64,000 nt of DNA from Synechococcus sp. (GTDB lineage Bacteria > Cyanobacteriota > Cyanobacteriia > PCC-6307 > Cyanobiaceae), in contig JBJBEO010000001.1 in assembly GCA_047284725.1 (NCBI GenBank), forward strand, positions 320,001 to 384,000. The letters run 5' to 3'. Under the pieces are notes generated by a model. It made no database searches, was not told where the DNA came from, and was given only the letters and a program-made list of their open reading frames with translations. Position numbers and translations under genes: made by a program. Shown here piece after piece: positions 30,860-40,939 of this stretch. The stretch's first letter is position 1; each line of letters starts with the position of its first letter.

Positions 30860-31180
30860 GTGACGCCAACTCTGGTTGCGATCCTGCCGCTGGTGCACCT
30901 GGTGCTGGGCCTGCTGCTGGCGCTTTGGACCCTCAGTTTCCTGGTCCGGATCGTGCTCACCTGGTATCCCCAGGTGGACCTGAAGACCGGGTTGTGGCCT
31001 CTGGTGGCGGTCCCAACGGACCCGTTTCTCGCGGCGAGTCGACGCCTGATTGCGCCGATTGGGGGAGTGGATGTCACACCGGTGATCTGGGTCGGCCTGG
31101 TGAGCCTGGTGCGCGAACTGCTTGTGGGGCAACAAGGCCTGGTGTCCCAGATGCTGATGCGCACGTCCGGGCTGGCTTAG
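30860..31180 (+). CDS. YggT family membrane protein
   Basis: RIVLTWYPQVD, TDPFL, PIGGVDVTPVIW. Confidence 0.88.
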   Translation: MTPTLVAILPLVHLVLGLLLALWTLSFLVRIVLTWYPQVDLKTGLWPLVAVPTDPFLAASRRLIAPIGGVDVTPVIWVGLVSLVRELLVGQQGLVSQMLMRTSGLA

Positions 31181-31201
31181 TCAGCCAACTTGATGCATGC
31201 C

Positions 31202-32545
31202 TCAGAGCATGTCCTGCTCAACAAACTTGGTGTGCACATCGCCGTTCTGGAATTCAGGACGGTCGAGCAGGCGCAGGTGGAACTCCACGGTGGTGGGAAT
31301 GCCCGTGACGGCGCACTCGTTCAAGGCGCGGCGCATGCGCTTCAGAGCCAGTTCCCGGTCGGGGGCCCAGATAATCAGCTTGCCGATCAAGGAGTCGTAG
31401 AAGGGCGGGATGTCATAGCCGGTGTACACATGGCTGTCGACGCGTACCCCTGGCCCTCCAGGCGGCAGCCAGCCGGTGATTTTTCCGGGGGCGGGGCGGA
31501 AATTGTGGGCAGCATCTTCGGCGTTGATCCGGCATTCGATGGCATGGCCTCTGAGATGGATCTCGTCTTGGCTGACGCTGATCGGCTCTCCGCCGGCAAT
31601 GCGCAGTTGCTCCGCAATCAGATCGATTCCCGTCACCATTTCGGTGACGGGATGCTCCACCTGGATGCGGGTGTTCATCTCCATGAAATAGAAGCCGCCG
31701 CTGCGATCGAGCAGGAACTCAACGGTGCCCGCTCCTTCGTATTCAATGCTCCGCGCCGCCGCGACCGCGGCTTCGCCCATCCGGCGGCGAAGCTCAGGAT
31801 CAAGGGCGGGGCTGGGTGCTTCTTCGAGAAGTTTCTGGTGACGTCGCTGAATGGAGCAGTCGCGCTCCCCGAGGTGGACGACATTGCCGTGGCGGTCGGC
31901 CAGCACTTGCACTTCGACGTGCCGAGGCCTGTCGATGAATTTCTCCATGTAGAGGCCAGGGTTGCCGAAGGCGGCGTCGGCTTCGCCCTGGGCGGCCTTG
32001 AACAGAGTGGTGAGTTGCTCGGGGCCGGGGACGAGTCGCATGCCTCGACCACCGCCGCCAGCCGTGGCCTTGATCATCACCGGGTAGCCCATCCGGTCGG
32101 CCAGGGTGGCGGCTTCCTCAGGGTTGGAGAGCAATCCCTCACTGCCCGGCACCGTGGGAACGCCCACCCGCTGCATGGTGCTCTTGGCGGTTGCCTTGTC
32201 TCCCATCGAGCGAATGGCGTGGGGAGACGGTCCCACGAAGGTGATGCCGTGGTCGCGGCACATTTCCGCGAACCGCGCGTTTTCGGCAAGGAAGCCGTAG
32301 CCGGGATGGATGGCATCAACCCCGCGAGACGTCGCTGCAGCGAGGATGTTCGGGATATTGAGATAGCTCTTGCTGCTGGCAGATTCGCCCACGCAGACCG
32401 CCTCGTCGGCCAGTTGCACGTGGAGGGCATTGCGATCAACGGTGCTGTACACAGCAACCGTGGCGATGCCTAACTCCCTGCAACTCCGAATGATGCGGAG
32501 AGCAATTTCGCCGCGGTTGGCGATCAGCACCTTGCCGATGGGCAT
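31202..32545 (-). CDS. accC: Acetyl-CoA carboxylase, biotin carboxylase subunit
   Basis: [40 protein letters not shown]. Confidence 0.98.
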   Translation of the reverse strand: MPIGKVLIANRGEIALRIIRSCRELGIATVAVYSTVDRNALHVQLADEAVCVGESASSKSYLNIPNILAAATSRGVDAIHPGYGFLAENARFAEMCRDHGITFVGPSPHAIRSMGDKATAKSTMQRVGVPTVPGSEGLLSNPEEAATLADRMGYPVMIKATAGGGGRGMRLVPGPEQLTTLFKAAQGEADAAFGNPGLYMEKFIDRPRHVEVQVLADRHGNVVHLGERDCSIQRRHQKLLEEAPSPALDPELRRRMGEAAVAAARSIEYEGAGTVEFLLDRSGGFYFMEMNTRIQVEHPVTEMVTGIDLIAEQLRIAGGEPISVSQDEIHLRGHAIECRINAEDAAHNFRPAPGKITGWLPPGGPGVRVDSHVYTGYDIPPFYDSLIGKLIIWAPDRELALKRMRRALNECAVTGIPTTVEFHLRLLDRPEFQNGDVHTKFVEQDML

Positions 32546-32702
32546 CCCGCACGTTCCACATCAAGGGCGGATCGTATCAGCGCTCACGTTTCAAGGCCGA
32601 AATCAAGGCCTTGATCAGCGCTGATCCACGTCGCAGGGATGTCATGGACCATCGCCCGGTATGATCCTTCCTCGACGAGACTCGAGGGGTCACGTCAGCC
32701 AC

Positions 32703-32784
32703 GCGGATGTGGTGGAATTGGTAGACACGCACGTTTGAGGGGCGTGTGACTTCGGTCTTGCGAGTTCAAGTCTCGCCATCCGCA
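32703..32784 (+). tRNA. trnL: tRNA-Leu(GAG)
   Basis: gcggatg/catccgc acceptor stem, D-loop ggaattggtagac, cacgt-tt-GAG-gg-gcgtg anticodon arm, long variable arm, gttcaag T-loop. Confidence 0.95.
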
Positions 32785-32794
32785 TTGTTGAAAC

Positions 32795-32827
32795 GGGCTC
32801 AGGCGTTTGGCTGGGCCCTATTTTTTT
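32795..32827 (+). terminator. Intrinsic terminator after tRNA-Leu
   Basis: gggctcag...ctgggccc hairpin plus T7. Confidence 0.7.
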
Positions 32828-32848
32828 GGACGATCGGTCCTTGGTCAG

Positions 32849-34156
32849 ATGCCCCTGGAAACCACCAGTTCTGACGGTGTGGCATCCGCTCCAACCCTCT
32901 CGATCGTGTTTGTCTCGAACGGGCCTGGAGAGCTGAGCACATGGGTCCGCCCTCTGGCCGAACAGTTGCATCGCAGCCTTCAGTTGCGGCCGCGGGCGGC
33001 GCAGTCCTTGGTCAGCCTCCAGCTGGTGTTGGTGCCTTGTCCCAATGCCACAGGCCATGAAGCCGAGGCCGCTGGCCGCTGGGGGGTGTTTGACCGCATC
33101 ACCCCCGCCCGACGGTTCTGGTCTTTGCTGCTGAACCCACGTCGGGCTGGAGTCTGGGCCCCTCAGGGGGTTGTGGTGTTCCTGGGTGGGGATCAATTTT
33201 GGAGCGTGTTGCTGTCGGCCCGCCTGGGCTATCGCCATCTCACCTATGCGGAGTGGGTGGCCCGCTGGCCGCGCTGGAACGATCGCCTGGCGGCGATGGC
33301 GCCAGCGGTGCGCGATCAACTGCCCAGGCGGTTTCGTCATCGCTGTGTCGTTGTCGGGGATCTGATGGCGGATCTGTCCAGCCATGCACGCAAACAGGCC
33401 CCGTTGCCAGAGGGGGAATGGGTGGCGCTGCTGCCCGGTTCGAAGGCCGCCAAATTGTCTGTAGGGATGCCGTTTCTGCTGGAAACAGCCGATCGACTGG
33501 CGCAACAGCGTCCGGACTGTCGTTTCCTGCTGCCCGTCGCTCCCACCACCTCCGTCGCGGATCTGGAGCGTTTTGCGGGGGCATCCAATCCGATTGCGGC
33601 TTCGTATCACTCGGGCATCGCCTCCATCCAGGCACCGAACGCTGCAACGCCCTGGCGTCGCTTGATCACCGCGGCCGGCACCGAAATTCACCTTCAGGAA
33701 GATCCGCCGGCCCATGGCCCTTTAAGCCAGTGCACGCTGGCGCTCACCACGGTGGGGGCCAACACTGCTGAGCTGGGGGCGCTTGGCGTGCCGATGATCG
33801 TGATCGTGCCCACGCAGCACCTCGGGGTGATGCAGGCCTGGGATGGTTGGTTGGGGGTGTTGGCACGGCTGCCGGGGTTGCGTTGGTGCATCGGCACGTT
33901 GCTCAGTGCATGGCGCCTGCGTCATCACGGTTTTCTGGCCTGGCCCAATATTTCCGCTGGGCGTGTTGTCGTGCCGGAACGGGTCGGCGCGATCGAACCC
34001 AAAGCGATCGCGGCTGAGGCTGCCGACTGGCTCGCCTCGCCGGAACGCTTGAAGGGTCAGCAAGAGGATTTGCGGAGCCTCAGGGGGCAACCGGGCGCTG
34101 TGGCAGCCCTGGCTGATGAGGTGCGGTCGCTGCTGCCAAAGGCTCTTGCCGACTAG
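32849..34156 (+). CDS. Lipid-A-disaccharide synthase-related glycosyltransferase
   Basis: [35 protein letters not shown] (cyanobacterial LpxB-like). Confidence 0.8.
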   Translation: MPLETTSSDGVASAPTLSIVFVSNGPGELSTWVRPLAEQLHRSLQLRPRAAQSLVSLQLVLVPCPNATGHEAEAAGRWGVFDRITPARRFWSLLLNPRRAGVWAPQGVVVFLGGDQFWSVLLSARLGYRHLTYAEWVARWPRWNDRLAAMAPAVRDQLPRRFRHRCVVVGDLMADLSSHARKQAPLPEGEWVALLPGSKAAKLSVGMPFLLETADRLAQQRPDCRFLLPVAPTTSVADLERFAGASNPIAASYHSGIASIQAPNAATPWRRLITAAGTEIHLQEDPPAHGPLSQCTLALTTVGANTAELGALGVPMIVIVPTQHLGVMQAWDGWLGVLARLPGLRWCIGTLLSAWRLRHHGFLAWPNISAGRVVVPERVGAIEPKAIAAEAADWLASPERLKGQQEDLRSLRGQPGAVAALADEVRSLLPKALAD

Positions 34157-34181
34157 CTTGAGCTCCCTTTCAGACGCCCGT

Positions 34182-34610
34182 ATGTCCGCCAGTTCCGGCC
34201 CTCAGTCCGATCCCACGACCCGGGTGGAGCGCAGTGAAGAGGAGTGGAAAGCGCAGCTGACGCCTGAGCAGTTCCAGGTGGCGCGTCAAGGGGGCACCGA
34301 GCGAGCCTTCACCGGCGCTTACTGGGATAACAAAGCGACGGGGATGTATCACTGCGTCTGCTGTGACGCGCCCTTGTTCAGCTCGTCCACCAAGTTCGAT
34401 TCCGGCACCGGTTGGCCAAGTTTCTGGAATGGCGTGACGCCTGAAGCGATCACCACCAAGACCGATGTCAGCCATGGCATGGTGCGCACGGAAATCAACT
34501 GTGCCAGCTGCGATGCCCACCTTGGTCACGTCTTCACGGATGGGCCCGCACCCACGGGACAGCGCTATTGCGTGAACAGTGCCTCCCTGCAGTTCAAGGG
34601 GGACAGCTGA
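34182..34610 (+). CDS. msrB: Peptide-methionine (R)-S-oxide reductase
   Basis: [31 protein letters not shown]. Confidence 0.96.
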   Translation: MSASSGPQSDPTTRVERSEEEWKAQLTPEQFQVARQGGTERAFTGAYWDNKATGMYHCVCCDAPLFSSSTKFDSGTGWPSFWNGVTPEAITTKTDVSHGMVRTEINCASCDAHLGHVFTDGPAPTGQRYCVNSASLQFKGDS

Positions 34611-34640
34611 GCGGCCCCTGAGCCTGTCACCGCGTTGTCG

Positions 34641-35846
34641 TTACCAGGGGTCATCCACGTCGTTGTTGCCTGGATGGCCCTGGGAGGGATGAGCTGCCTG
34701 GTGCGAAGGGAGATCGCGATCCATGGGCTCGACGTCGAGGGGTGCACCCGGTGGGGGAACGGATCGGCGGGCTGCGGGCCTGGGCCTGGCGTCGAGGCGA
34801 TCGGGTGAGTCCTGGTAGAACCGTTCCTGTCTGAGGGGCTGATCCGCGTCGTCCCAGCCCATGGGGTCGGCCGTCTGGCGCTCGCCTCTGTACCGGTCGT
34901 TGGCGTACGGATCGATCGGCTCAGGCTCCCGTTCGGCGTAGGCCGGAGGCCGAGACAAGGGGGCCTGTGGCTCCAGGGGGTCAGGTTGGTTTCGGCTGGA
35001 GGGGCGGTCGTAGCTTTCGCGGTCGCTGTAGCTGTCCTGCTCCGGCAGCTCATCGAGATAGCGACGACGGGTCTGTGATTCGTTCCGTCGTGCGTCGACT
35101 TCGACGTATTCGAATTCGTCTTCGGGAGCAAAGGCCGCAGTCTCCGATGCCTGGAGTTGTGGTTGCTCTGCTTCGACCGGCTGGCCGGAGGTGAGCTGGT
35201 TTTCCACGGGCACCACATTGACCCGATAGCGCTCCCGTTCCTGTTCTTCCCAGCTGGGCCCTCCCACGCCCAGTTTCTCGAGCACACCGCTGTTGAGTTG
35301 CTTGAGTTTGTCTTCGGCGCCCTCGTACACAATGATCCGATCGGGGCCGCTGCTCACGATTTCGTCGACGGGAATCTCCCAGGTGCTCAACACTCCCTCG
35401 CCCAGGAGGGGCACACCCAGCGCGCCCATCACCAGGGTGGTGAGTTCCCCGGTTTCGATATCAAAGGAGAAGCCCAGCACCCGCCCCAGCACGCTCCCGG
35501 ACTCGGTGATGACCTGGCAGTTGATCACCCGGCTGTAGCGCTCGGGGGAAAACGATTCGCTGAGGGAATCGATCGAGTCGACCAGGATCACATCCCCCAC
35601 CTGACGAATCCTGTCGAGGGGCATCCAGCGTGGAAGCCCCGGCAGAAAGCGGGTGAGGGGGTTGTCGCGCAAGCCCAGGGCCACCACTTCGCGGCCATCG
35701 ATATCCACAATCACTTCTCCCACCACGCCGAGCCTGCGGCCGGTGTCGCGGGTGATCACCTGGGTGCCCATCAGCTCCGAACGGAGCCACAGCCTGTCGC
35801 TGGGCACCGTTGCCAGGGGGTCGTTTGGGGTTGGGGTCGAGGTCAA
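34641..35846 (-). CDS. PRC-barrel domain protein
   Basis: GTQVITRDTGRRLG, IRQVGDVILV, tandem PRC barrels then acidic tail. Confidence 0.88.
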   Translation of the reverse strand: MTSTPTPNDPLATVPSDRLWLRSELMGTQVITRDTGRRLGVVGEVIVDIDGREVVALGLRDNPLTRFLPGLPRWMPLDRIRQVGDVILVDSIDSLSESFSPERYSRVINCQVITESGSVLGRVLGFSFDIETGELTTLVMGALGVPLLGEGVLSTWEIPVDEIVSSGPDRIIVYEGAEDKLKQLNSGVLEKLGVGGPSWEEQERERYRVNVVPVENQLTSGQPVEAEQPQLQASETAAFAPEDEFEYVEVDARRNESQTRRRYLDELPEQDSYSDRESYDRPSSRNQPDPLEPQAPLSRPPAYAEREPEPIDPYANDRYRGERQTADPMGWDDADQPLRQERFYQDSPDRLDARPRPAARRSVPPPGAPLDVEPMDRDLPSHQAAHPSQGHPGNNDVDDPW

Positions 35847-35954
35847 ATTGAGGCCTCAGCCGTGGCATTTCGAACCATTTTGGCGTAAGGCGCTCGCGTT
35901 GAGTGTTCAGGCAGGGGCGGCTTCTTCACCATCCATGGTGTAAGGGGGACCGTC

Positions 35955-38900
35955 TTAAGCGGCATCGGGAAGCCCCACCACCTGGGTGTGGGCGCCCCGG
36001 GCCTGGGTGACACCGATAGTGCGTTGCGAGGCTCCGATCATCGGACGCCGGTGGCTGACCACCAGGAACTGCGCATCTTCGGCCTGCCTGGCGATCAAGG
36101 CTGCCAGTCGCTCCACGTTGACGCCATCGAGAAAACTGTCGACCTCATCCAGCGCGTAGAAGGGTGAGGGCCGGAAGCGCTGCAGCGCAAACAGGAAACT
36201 GAGGGCTGTGAGTGACTTCTCCCCTCCAGACATCGCTGCGAGGCGGCGAACGGATTTGCCCTTGGGGTGAGCCACCAGCGTCAGTCCCCCTTCGAGTGGA
36301 TCGCTGGTGTTGTCGAGCTGAAGATGCCCATCGCCATCCGAGAGGCTGGCGAAGATCTCGCGGAAATGGCCATCCACGGCCTCGAAGGCCTCCATGAAGG
36401 CCTCCTGACGCAGGGTCGCCACCGTTTCGATCCGCAGCAGCAGCTCCTCCCTCTCCTGGCTCAGCACATCCAGGCGCTCGCCCAGGTCTCCGAGCCTCTG
36501 CTCGAGCTCTTCCAGTTCCTCGAGCGCCAGCATGTTCACGGGCTCCAGCGCTTCCATCTTGTGCTGGAGCTCCTGCAGGGTCGCTTGCAGGGCCTCAAGG
36601 CCTGCATCGCGCACGGCATCGGGGATCGCGGGGCGAGGGTCTGGCAGGGTCTGCGTCAGTTCCTGCAGACGAATGCTGCCGCTGCGAATCTGCTCCGCGA
36701 CGGCCTCGCGTTCCTCCTGCAGGCGCTCCAACTCCCAACGGGCCTGCTGCAGGCTCTGACGCTGTTCCGCCACGGCGGCTTCTGCTTCATCCCTGGCGCG
36801 GCGCTGCTCACCGAACGCGGTCTGCAGCGTTTGTTGTTCCGCTTCGAGGCTGGTGCGACGGGTGGAGAGCTCCTGCTGCTGCTGCTTCCAGGCGCCATGA
36901 GCCTCGGTCAGGGCGGCGACCGCTTCCTTGAGGCGACCCTCCTCGGCCTCGAGGACCTGCTGCTGATCGCCGAGGCGCTCGAGGGCCAGTTCCCGCTGGC
37001 GCTGCTCCTGCACGAGGGCGTCCTTGCGGCTCCGGGCGGCAAGCAAGGCAGTATCGGCGGCCTCCAGATCGTTCTGGAGCTGTTGCCAGGCTTCCAGGTC
37101 TCCCTCCGCCTGGGCATTGCGCTCCTGATGGGTGAGCTCTTGGAACTCCTGTTCCAGGGGGGCCAGTGTGTTCCGCAGCACGTCCAGACGTTGGCGTGTT
37201 GTGGTTTCGCCGCTGCGCAGGCTGGTCAGCCGCTGTTGGCGCTGCTGGAAGCGTTCCATCAACGGACCATGGGCGCGACGGGCTGCCGTGCGCTCGGCGT
37301 CCAGACCAGCCTGACGCTGTTCGTGTTGGCGCAGTTGCGGCCTGGCTGCTTCCAAGGCGGCCGTCAGTCGCTGTTCCTCCCGGCGGCAGGCCACCAGCGT
37401 CTCCCCCAGCTCCAGCAGGCGGCGGCGCAGGGGTTCCGCTTCATCGCTGTCCTGGGCGGTGCCGAAACTGAGGCCGTTGCTGCGCTGAGACAAGCTGCCG
37501 CCGGTCATGGCGCCGCTCTTCTCGAGCAGTTCACCCTCGAGGGTGACGGCACGGTGACGTCCCAGCTGCTGGCGCGCCGTGCTGAGATCCGAGAACACCT
37601 GGGTGTCTCCGAACACATAGGCGAACACGTCGCCATAAATCGGCTCGTAGCGCACCAGATCAACGGCGCGGCCGATCAGCCCACCGCCGCTGGGTCCATC
37701 CGGCCTGCGGCCGCGGGCCATGGCCGCCCCGCCACCACCACCAGGTGCCCGGATCTTGTTGAGGGGAAGAAAGGTGAGTCGACCGGCACGGCGGCTCTTC
37801 AGCAACGCGATCGCCTTGGCTGCGATGCGGTCATCGTCGACCACCACCTGGCCGAGCCTGGCCCCAGCCGCCACCTCTAAGGCCAGCCGGTGCTGTTCGG
37901 CCACTTCCCCGAGCTGGGCAACGGGGCCGTGGATGCCATCGAGGCCTGCCTCCAGCAACAGGCGCAGGGCACCGGTGCCTCGACTTTCCTGCAGGGCTTC
38001 GCGGCGGCTTTCCAGTTTGGCGATGTCGCGTTCGAGCTTGGTCTGCTCCTGCTCCAGCCGCGCCCGGGTGCGTTGCTGCACCGCCACCGATTCCACCAGC
38101 TGCTGCACCTGCTCCTTGCCTGCCTGGAGCGCCTGCAGCAGGGTTTGCCATTCGGTTTCCAGCTTGGCCAAGGACTCCTGGACGCGCTGGTCTTCGGAGC
38201 CGTCCTGTTGCAGCTCCTGCTCCAGTTCCTGCAGCCGATCTCGGTCTTGCTCAAGGCGGGCCTTGAGCTGCTGCTGTTCCTCCTGCAGGGGGGTGATCTG
38301 GCTCTGCAGCTCCAGCCTGCGGGTGCTGCGCTGGCGCTGTTCCTCCATCCAGGTGCCCGAACGACCGGCCACATCCCCCAGGCGCCGGCGCGACACCTCC
38401 ACTGCCGCTTCGGCCTGCTGGCAGGCCTGTTCGGCGGCGGAGAGGGCGTCGTTCTCCGAGGGTTGCTGCAAGGTCGAGGCGTTGTCCTGCAGCTGCCTGC
38501 GTCGGTTGGTGAGGTCGTGGCGCTGACCCTGCAGCTTTTCGCCCTCCTGCTGGTGCTGGTCAGACTGCCGTTTCAGCTCCCGTTCCTGGCTCTCGAGTCC
38601 CTTCAGTTCCCCCTGAACCGCCAGCAGCTTGTCTTCGCCCAGGTCTTTGACCTTTTCCTGCAGCTCCTGCAAGCGGGCGGCCGCTGCCGTCAGGGTCGTT
38701 TCGCTGGCGCGCAGGGCTTCGCTGTCACGGATCTCCTGTTCCCCCAGACTGCGGTGCCGCTCCTGCAGTTGCTGCAGGGCTCGCTGCGCTCCTTCGTAGG
38801 CCAGCACAAGTTCCTGCTGCCTGCCCTCCTGCATCTGGATGCGCAGCGCCTGATAGGTGCGTGCCTTGGCGCAATCCTTCTCAAGCCGGTGGCGAGCGGT

Positions 38901-39560
38901 GTGCAGCTCCTGCTCCACGATGCGGCAGCGCTCCTGGCGCTCCTGCACGTCATCGAGCTTGCGGCGGGTCTGCTCAATCCGCGTGTCGAACAGGGCCACG
39001 CCGGCCAGTTCGTCGATCAGGCCGCGGCGTTCACGGTTGCTCATCGAAACGATGCGGGTGACATCCCCCTGCATCACCACGTTGCTGCCTTCTGGGTCGA
39101 TGCGCAGGCGGCGCAGTTGGGTCTGCAGCTGCTGGAGGTTGCAGGGCTCGCCGTCGGCGGTGTAGCTGCTGCTGTAGGAGCCACCCGGCATCACCCGCAG
39201 TTTGCGGGTCACCGTCCATTCCTTCTGATCGGCCTTGATCCAAGGCCCTTCTTCGGGTGCTTCGAGACCTTCCTCCGCAGCGTCGGGTTCCCAGTCGCTG
39301 AGGTCAAACCTCACGCTCACCAGGGTTTCGGCGGCCTTGCCAGCCTTGAGAATGCCGCTGTTGACCAGATCGGGCAGACGATCCGCGCGCATGCCGCGAC
39401 TGGTGGCCAGGCCCAGGCAGAAGAGAACCCCATCGAGGATGTTGCTCTTGCCGGACCCGTTGGGCCCGGTCACCACGGTGAAACCGGTTTCCAGGGGGAT
39501 GCTCATCGCCCCCCCGAAGGACTTGAAGTGCTTGAACCCGACCTGATTGATATGAACCAA
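35955..39560 (-). CDS. smc: Chromosome segregation protein SMC
   Basis: FKSF, GPNGSGKSN, coiled coils, hinge, MSGGEKS, LDEVD. Confidence 0.98.
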   Translation of the reverse strand: MVHINQVGFKHFKSFGGAMSIPLETGFTVVTGPNGSGKSNILDGVLFCLGLATSRGMRADRLPDLVNSGILKAGKAAETLVSVRFDLSDWEPDAAEEGLEAPEEGPWIKADQKEWTVTRKLRVMPGGSYSSSYTADGEPCNLQQLQTQLRRLRIDPEGSNVVMQGDVTRIVSMSNRERRGLIDELAGVALFDTRIEQTRRKLDDVQERQERCRIVEQELHTARHRLEKDCAKARTYQALRIQMQEGRQQELVLAYEGAQRALQQLQERHRSLGEQEIRDSEALRASETTLTAAAARLQELQEKVKDLGEDKLLAVQGELKGLESQERELKRQSDQHQQEGEKLQGQRHDLTNRRRQLQDNASTLQQPSENDALSAAEQACQQAEAAVEVSRRRLGDVAGRSGTWMEEQRQRSTRRLELQSQITPLQEEQQQLKARLEQDRDRLQELEQELQQDGSEDQRVQESLAKLETEWQTLLQALQAGKEQVQQLVESVAVQQRTRARLEQEQTKLERDIAKLESRREALQESRGTGALRLLLEAGLDGIHGPVAQLGEVAEQHRLALEVAAGARLGQVVVDDDRIAAKAIALLKSRRAGRLTFLPLNKIRAPGGGGGAAMARGRRPDGPSGGGLIGRAVDLVRYEPIYGDVFAYVFGDTQVFSDLSTARQQLGRHRAVTLEGELLEKSGAMTGGSLSQRSNGLSFGTAQDSDEAEPLRRRLLELGETLVACRREEQRLTAALEAARPQLRQHEQRQAGLDAERTAARRAHGPLMERFQQRQQRLTSLRSGETTTRQRLDVLRNTLAPLEQEFQELTHQERNAQAEGDLEAWQQLQNDLEAADTALLAARSRKDALVQEQRQRELALERLGDQQQVLEAEEGRLKEAVAALTEAHGAWKQQQQELSTRRTSLEAEQQTLQTAFGEQRRARDEAEAAVAEQRQSLQQARWELERLQEEREAVAEQIRSGSIRLQELTQTLPDPRPAIPDAVRDAGLEALQATLQELQHKMEALEPVNMLALEELEELEQRLGDLGERLDVLSQEREELLLRIETVATLRQEAFMEAFEAVDGHFREIFASLSDGDGHLQLDNTSDPLEGGLTLVAHPKGKSVRRLAAMSGGEKSLTALSFLFALQRFRPSPFYALDEVDSFLDGVNVERLAALIARQAEDAQFLVVSHRRPMIGASQRTIGVTQARGAHTQVVGLPDAA

Positions 39561-39612
39561 CAGGATCAGGGGGGCTGTCAGCGAACTGAAACTAGCGGAC
39601 CTTCCGCAAAGC

Positions 39613-40005
39613 TCAAGGGGTAGGGGCTCCGGGAGGGCCGCTCAGCCGGCAGGAGCCAGCGTTGATGGTCAGGGTGACAGGGCTGGGAAGGCCCAGAGGC
39701 TCCATGCCGCTGAGTTGAACGGTCACCGCCTCCGTGGTGGTGGGAGGCAGCTGGCCTGTGTAATGACCACCGATGATGCGTCTGGCCCATCCACGACCAC
39801 CGGAGACAGCGGCGGCTTCACGGTCCAGCCACACCAGTCGGTGCGCAGGCAGTGGTGTGGCGGTGAGCGGTGGTCCATCCAGCAACGGCAGATGGTCAAG
39901 GCGCCAGGTGCGGCAGGCGTCACCGTCTTCCAGCAGAAGATCCAGATGGCATCCCCGGGGATCATCCGGGGCGCCGGTGTGCTCAAGCAGCACGTAGCGC
40001 GGCAT
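39613..40005 (-). CDS. Hypothetical protein resembling a stand-alone LigD 3'-phosphoesterase (LigD_N) domain
   Basis: RYVLLEH...CHLDLLLEDGDACRTW...HRLVWLDRE resembles FVVQEH...HYDFRLE.DG...SW...H...YLDFE. Confidence 0.55.
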   Translation of the reverse strand: MPRYVLLEHTGAPDDPRGCHLDLLLEDGDACRTWRLDHLPLLDGPPLTATPLPAHRLVWLDREAAAVSGGRGWARRIIGGHYTGQLPPTTTEAVTVQLSGMEPLGLPSPVTLTINAGSCRLSGPPGAPTP

Positions 40006-40061
40006 GGGGGTTTCCGGTCATCGTCACCATCCCTAACCTGCAGGTGGAGACACGTGAACGC

Positions 40062-40529
40062 ATGGAGTCGGCTCCATCCCCTGCGGATGACCACAGCAAG
40101 TCCGGGGCGACGACGTCTGCTCCCCCCAGGCCGTCGGTAGCCGAGCAGTTTCGGGAGCATTTCGATGCGTTGCTGCCGGAAATTCAGCGCCGTTGGCCCG
40201 ATGTGGCGGAACAGACGCTGGAGGCCACACGCGGCAGCCTCGATGAGGCGGTGAAAGTGATCGCGTTGCAGTCGGGACGCGCTGCTGATCTGGTGCACCA
40301 CCAGCTGGAGGATCTGCTCCAGTCGATTGGTCGCCACAAAGGCGACATCGGTGGCAGCCTTGAACCGTTGGAACAACAGCTTGAGCGGCTGTTGGATGAC
40401 CTCAACAAAAGCCTGCGTCCAAGGATTGAACGGCCTGTGCGGCAGCGTCCCTTGCTGTCGCTGGCCCTTGCTGCCGGCGTCGGCATGGTGATCGGGTCCC
40501 TGCTGGCTGGTGGGAGGCGGACCCGATGA
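40062..40529 (+). CDS. ElaB/YqjD (DUF883)-like tail-anchored protein
   Basis: C-terminal VRQRPLLSLALAAGVGMVIGSLL. Confidence 0.75.
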   Translation: MESAPSPADDHSKSGATTSAPPRPSVAEQFREHFDALLPEIQRRWPDVAEQTLEATRGSLDEAVKVIALQSGRAADLVHHQLEDLLQSIGRHKGDIGGSLEPLEQQLERLLDDLNKSLRPRIERPVRQRPLLSLALAAGVGMVIGSLLAGGRRTR

Positions 40530-40939
40530 CAGATCCATCGAGTGATCAGGGCTATCGGCCAGAAGGGGCCAGGCCGCGGGGGCTCGGTGCGGCCGCCAGG
40601 GTGTCGGCCCTGGCCGCCTCGGTGATGGATCTGCACGTGCGCATCGCTCTGCAGGAGGTGGATCGGGAGAAGCGTCGTCTGATCAGTGGCGGGCTGTTTC
40701 TCGCCATGGGTGGCACGCTGATGCTGCTGGCCCTGATCGCCGTTGAGGTGGTGCTGGTGATCTGGATGCGCGACGCCTGGGGATGGTCGCTGATGCGGTC
40801 CCTGCTGGCGCTGGCGATCGGTGATGTGGTGCTCGCCGGTCTCAGTCTCCGGATCGGCGGTCAGCTGGCCAAGGGGCCATACCTGCCGCAGACGCTCGAG
40901 GGGATCAGCAAGACCACTAGGGCTGTGATGGGACGCTGA
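40526..40939 (+). CDS. YqjE-like ('phage holin family') membrane protein
   Basis: RIALQEVDREKRR then two TMs; coupled to the YqjD-like gene. Confidence 0.75.
   Translation: MTDPSSDQGYRPEGARPRGLGAAARVSALAASVMDLHVRIALQEVDREKRRLISGGLFLAMGGTLMLLALIAVEVVLVIWMRDAWGWSLMRSLLALAIGDVVLAGLSLRIGGQLAKGPYLPQTLEGISKTTRAVMGR

Noticed and set aside
36267..39623. Long plus-strand ORFs (537 and 577 aa) opposite smc; similar shadows at 20401-21969, 31190-32473, 29419-30717, 15051-16121
   Set aside because: Antisense shadows of GC-rich core genes, no recognisable motifs
40526..40939. 'Phage holin' as evidence of a prophage
   Set aside because: YqjD/YqjE-like housekeeping pair in core context with no phage genes
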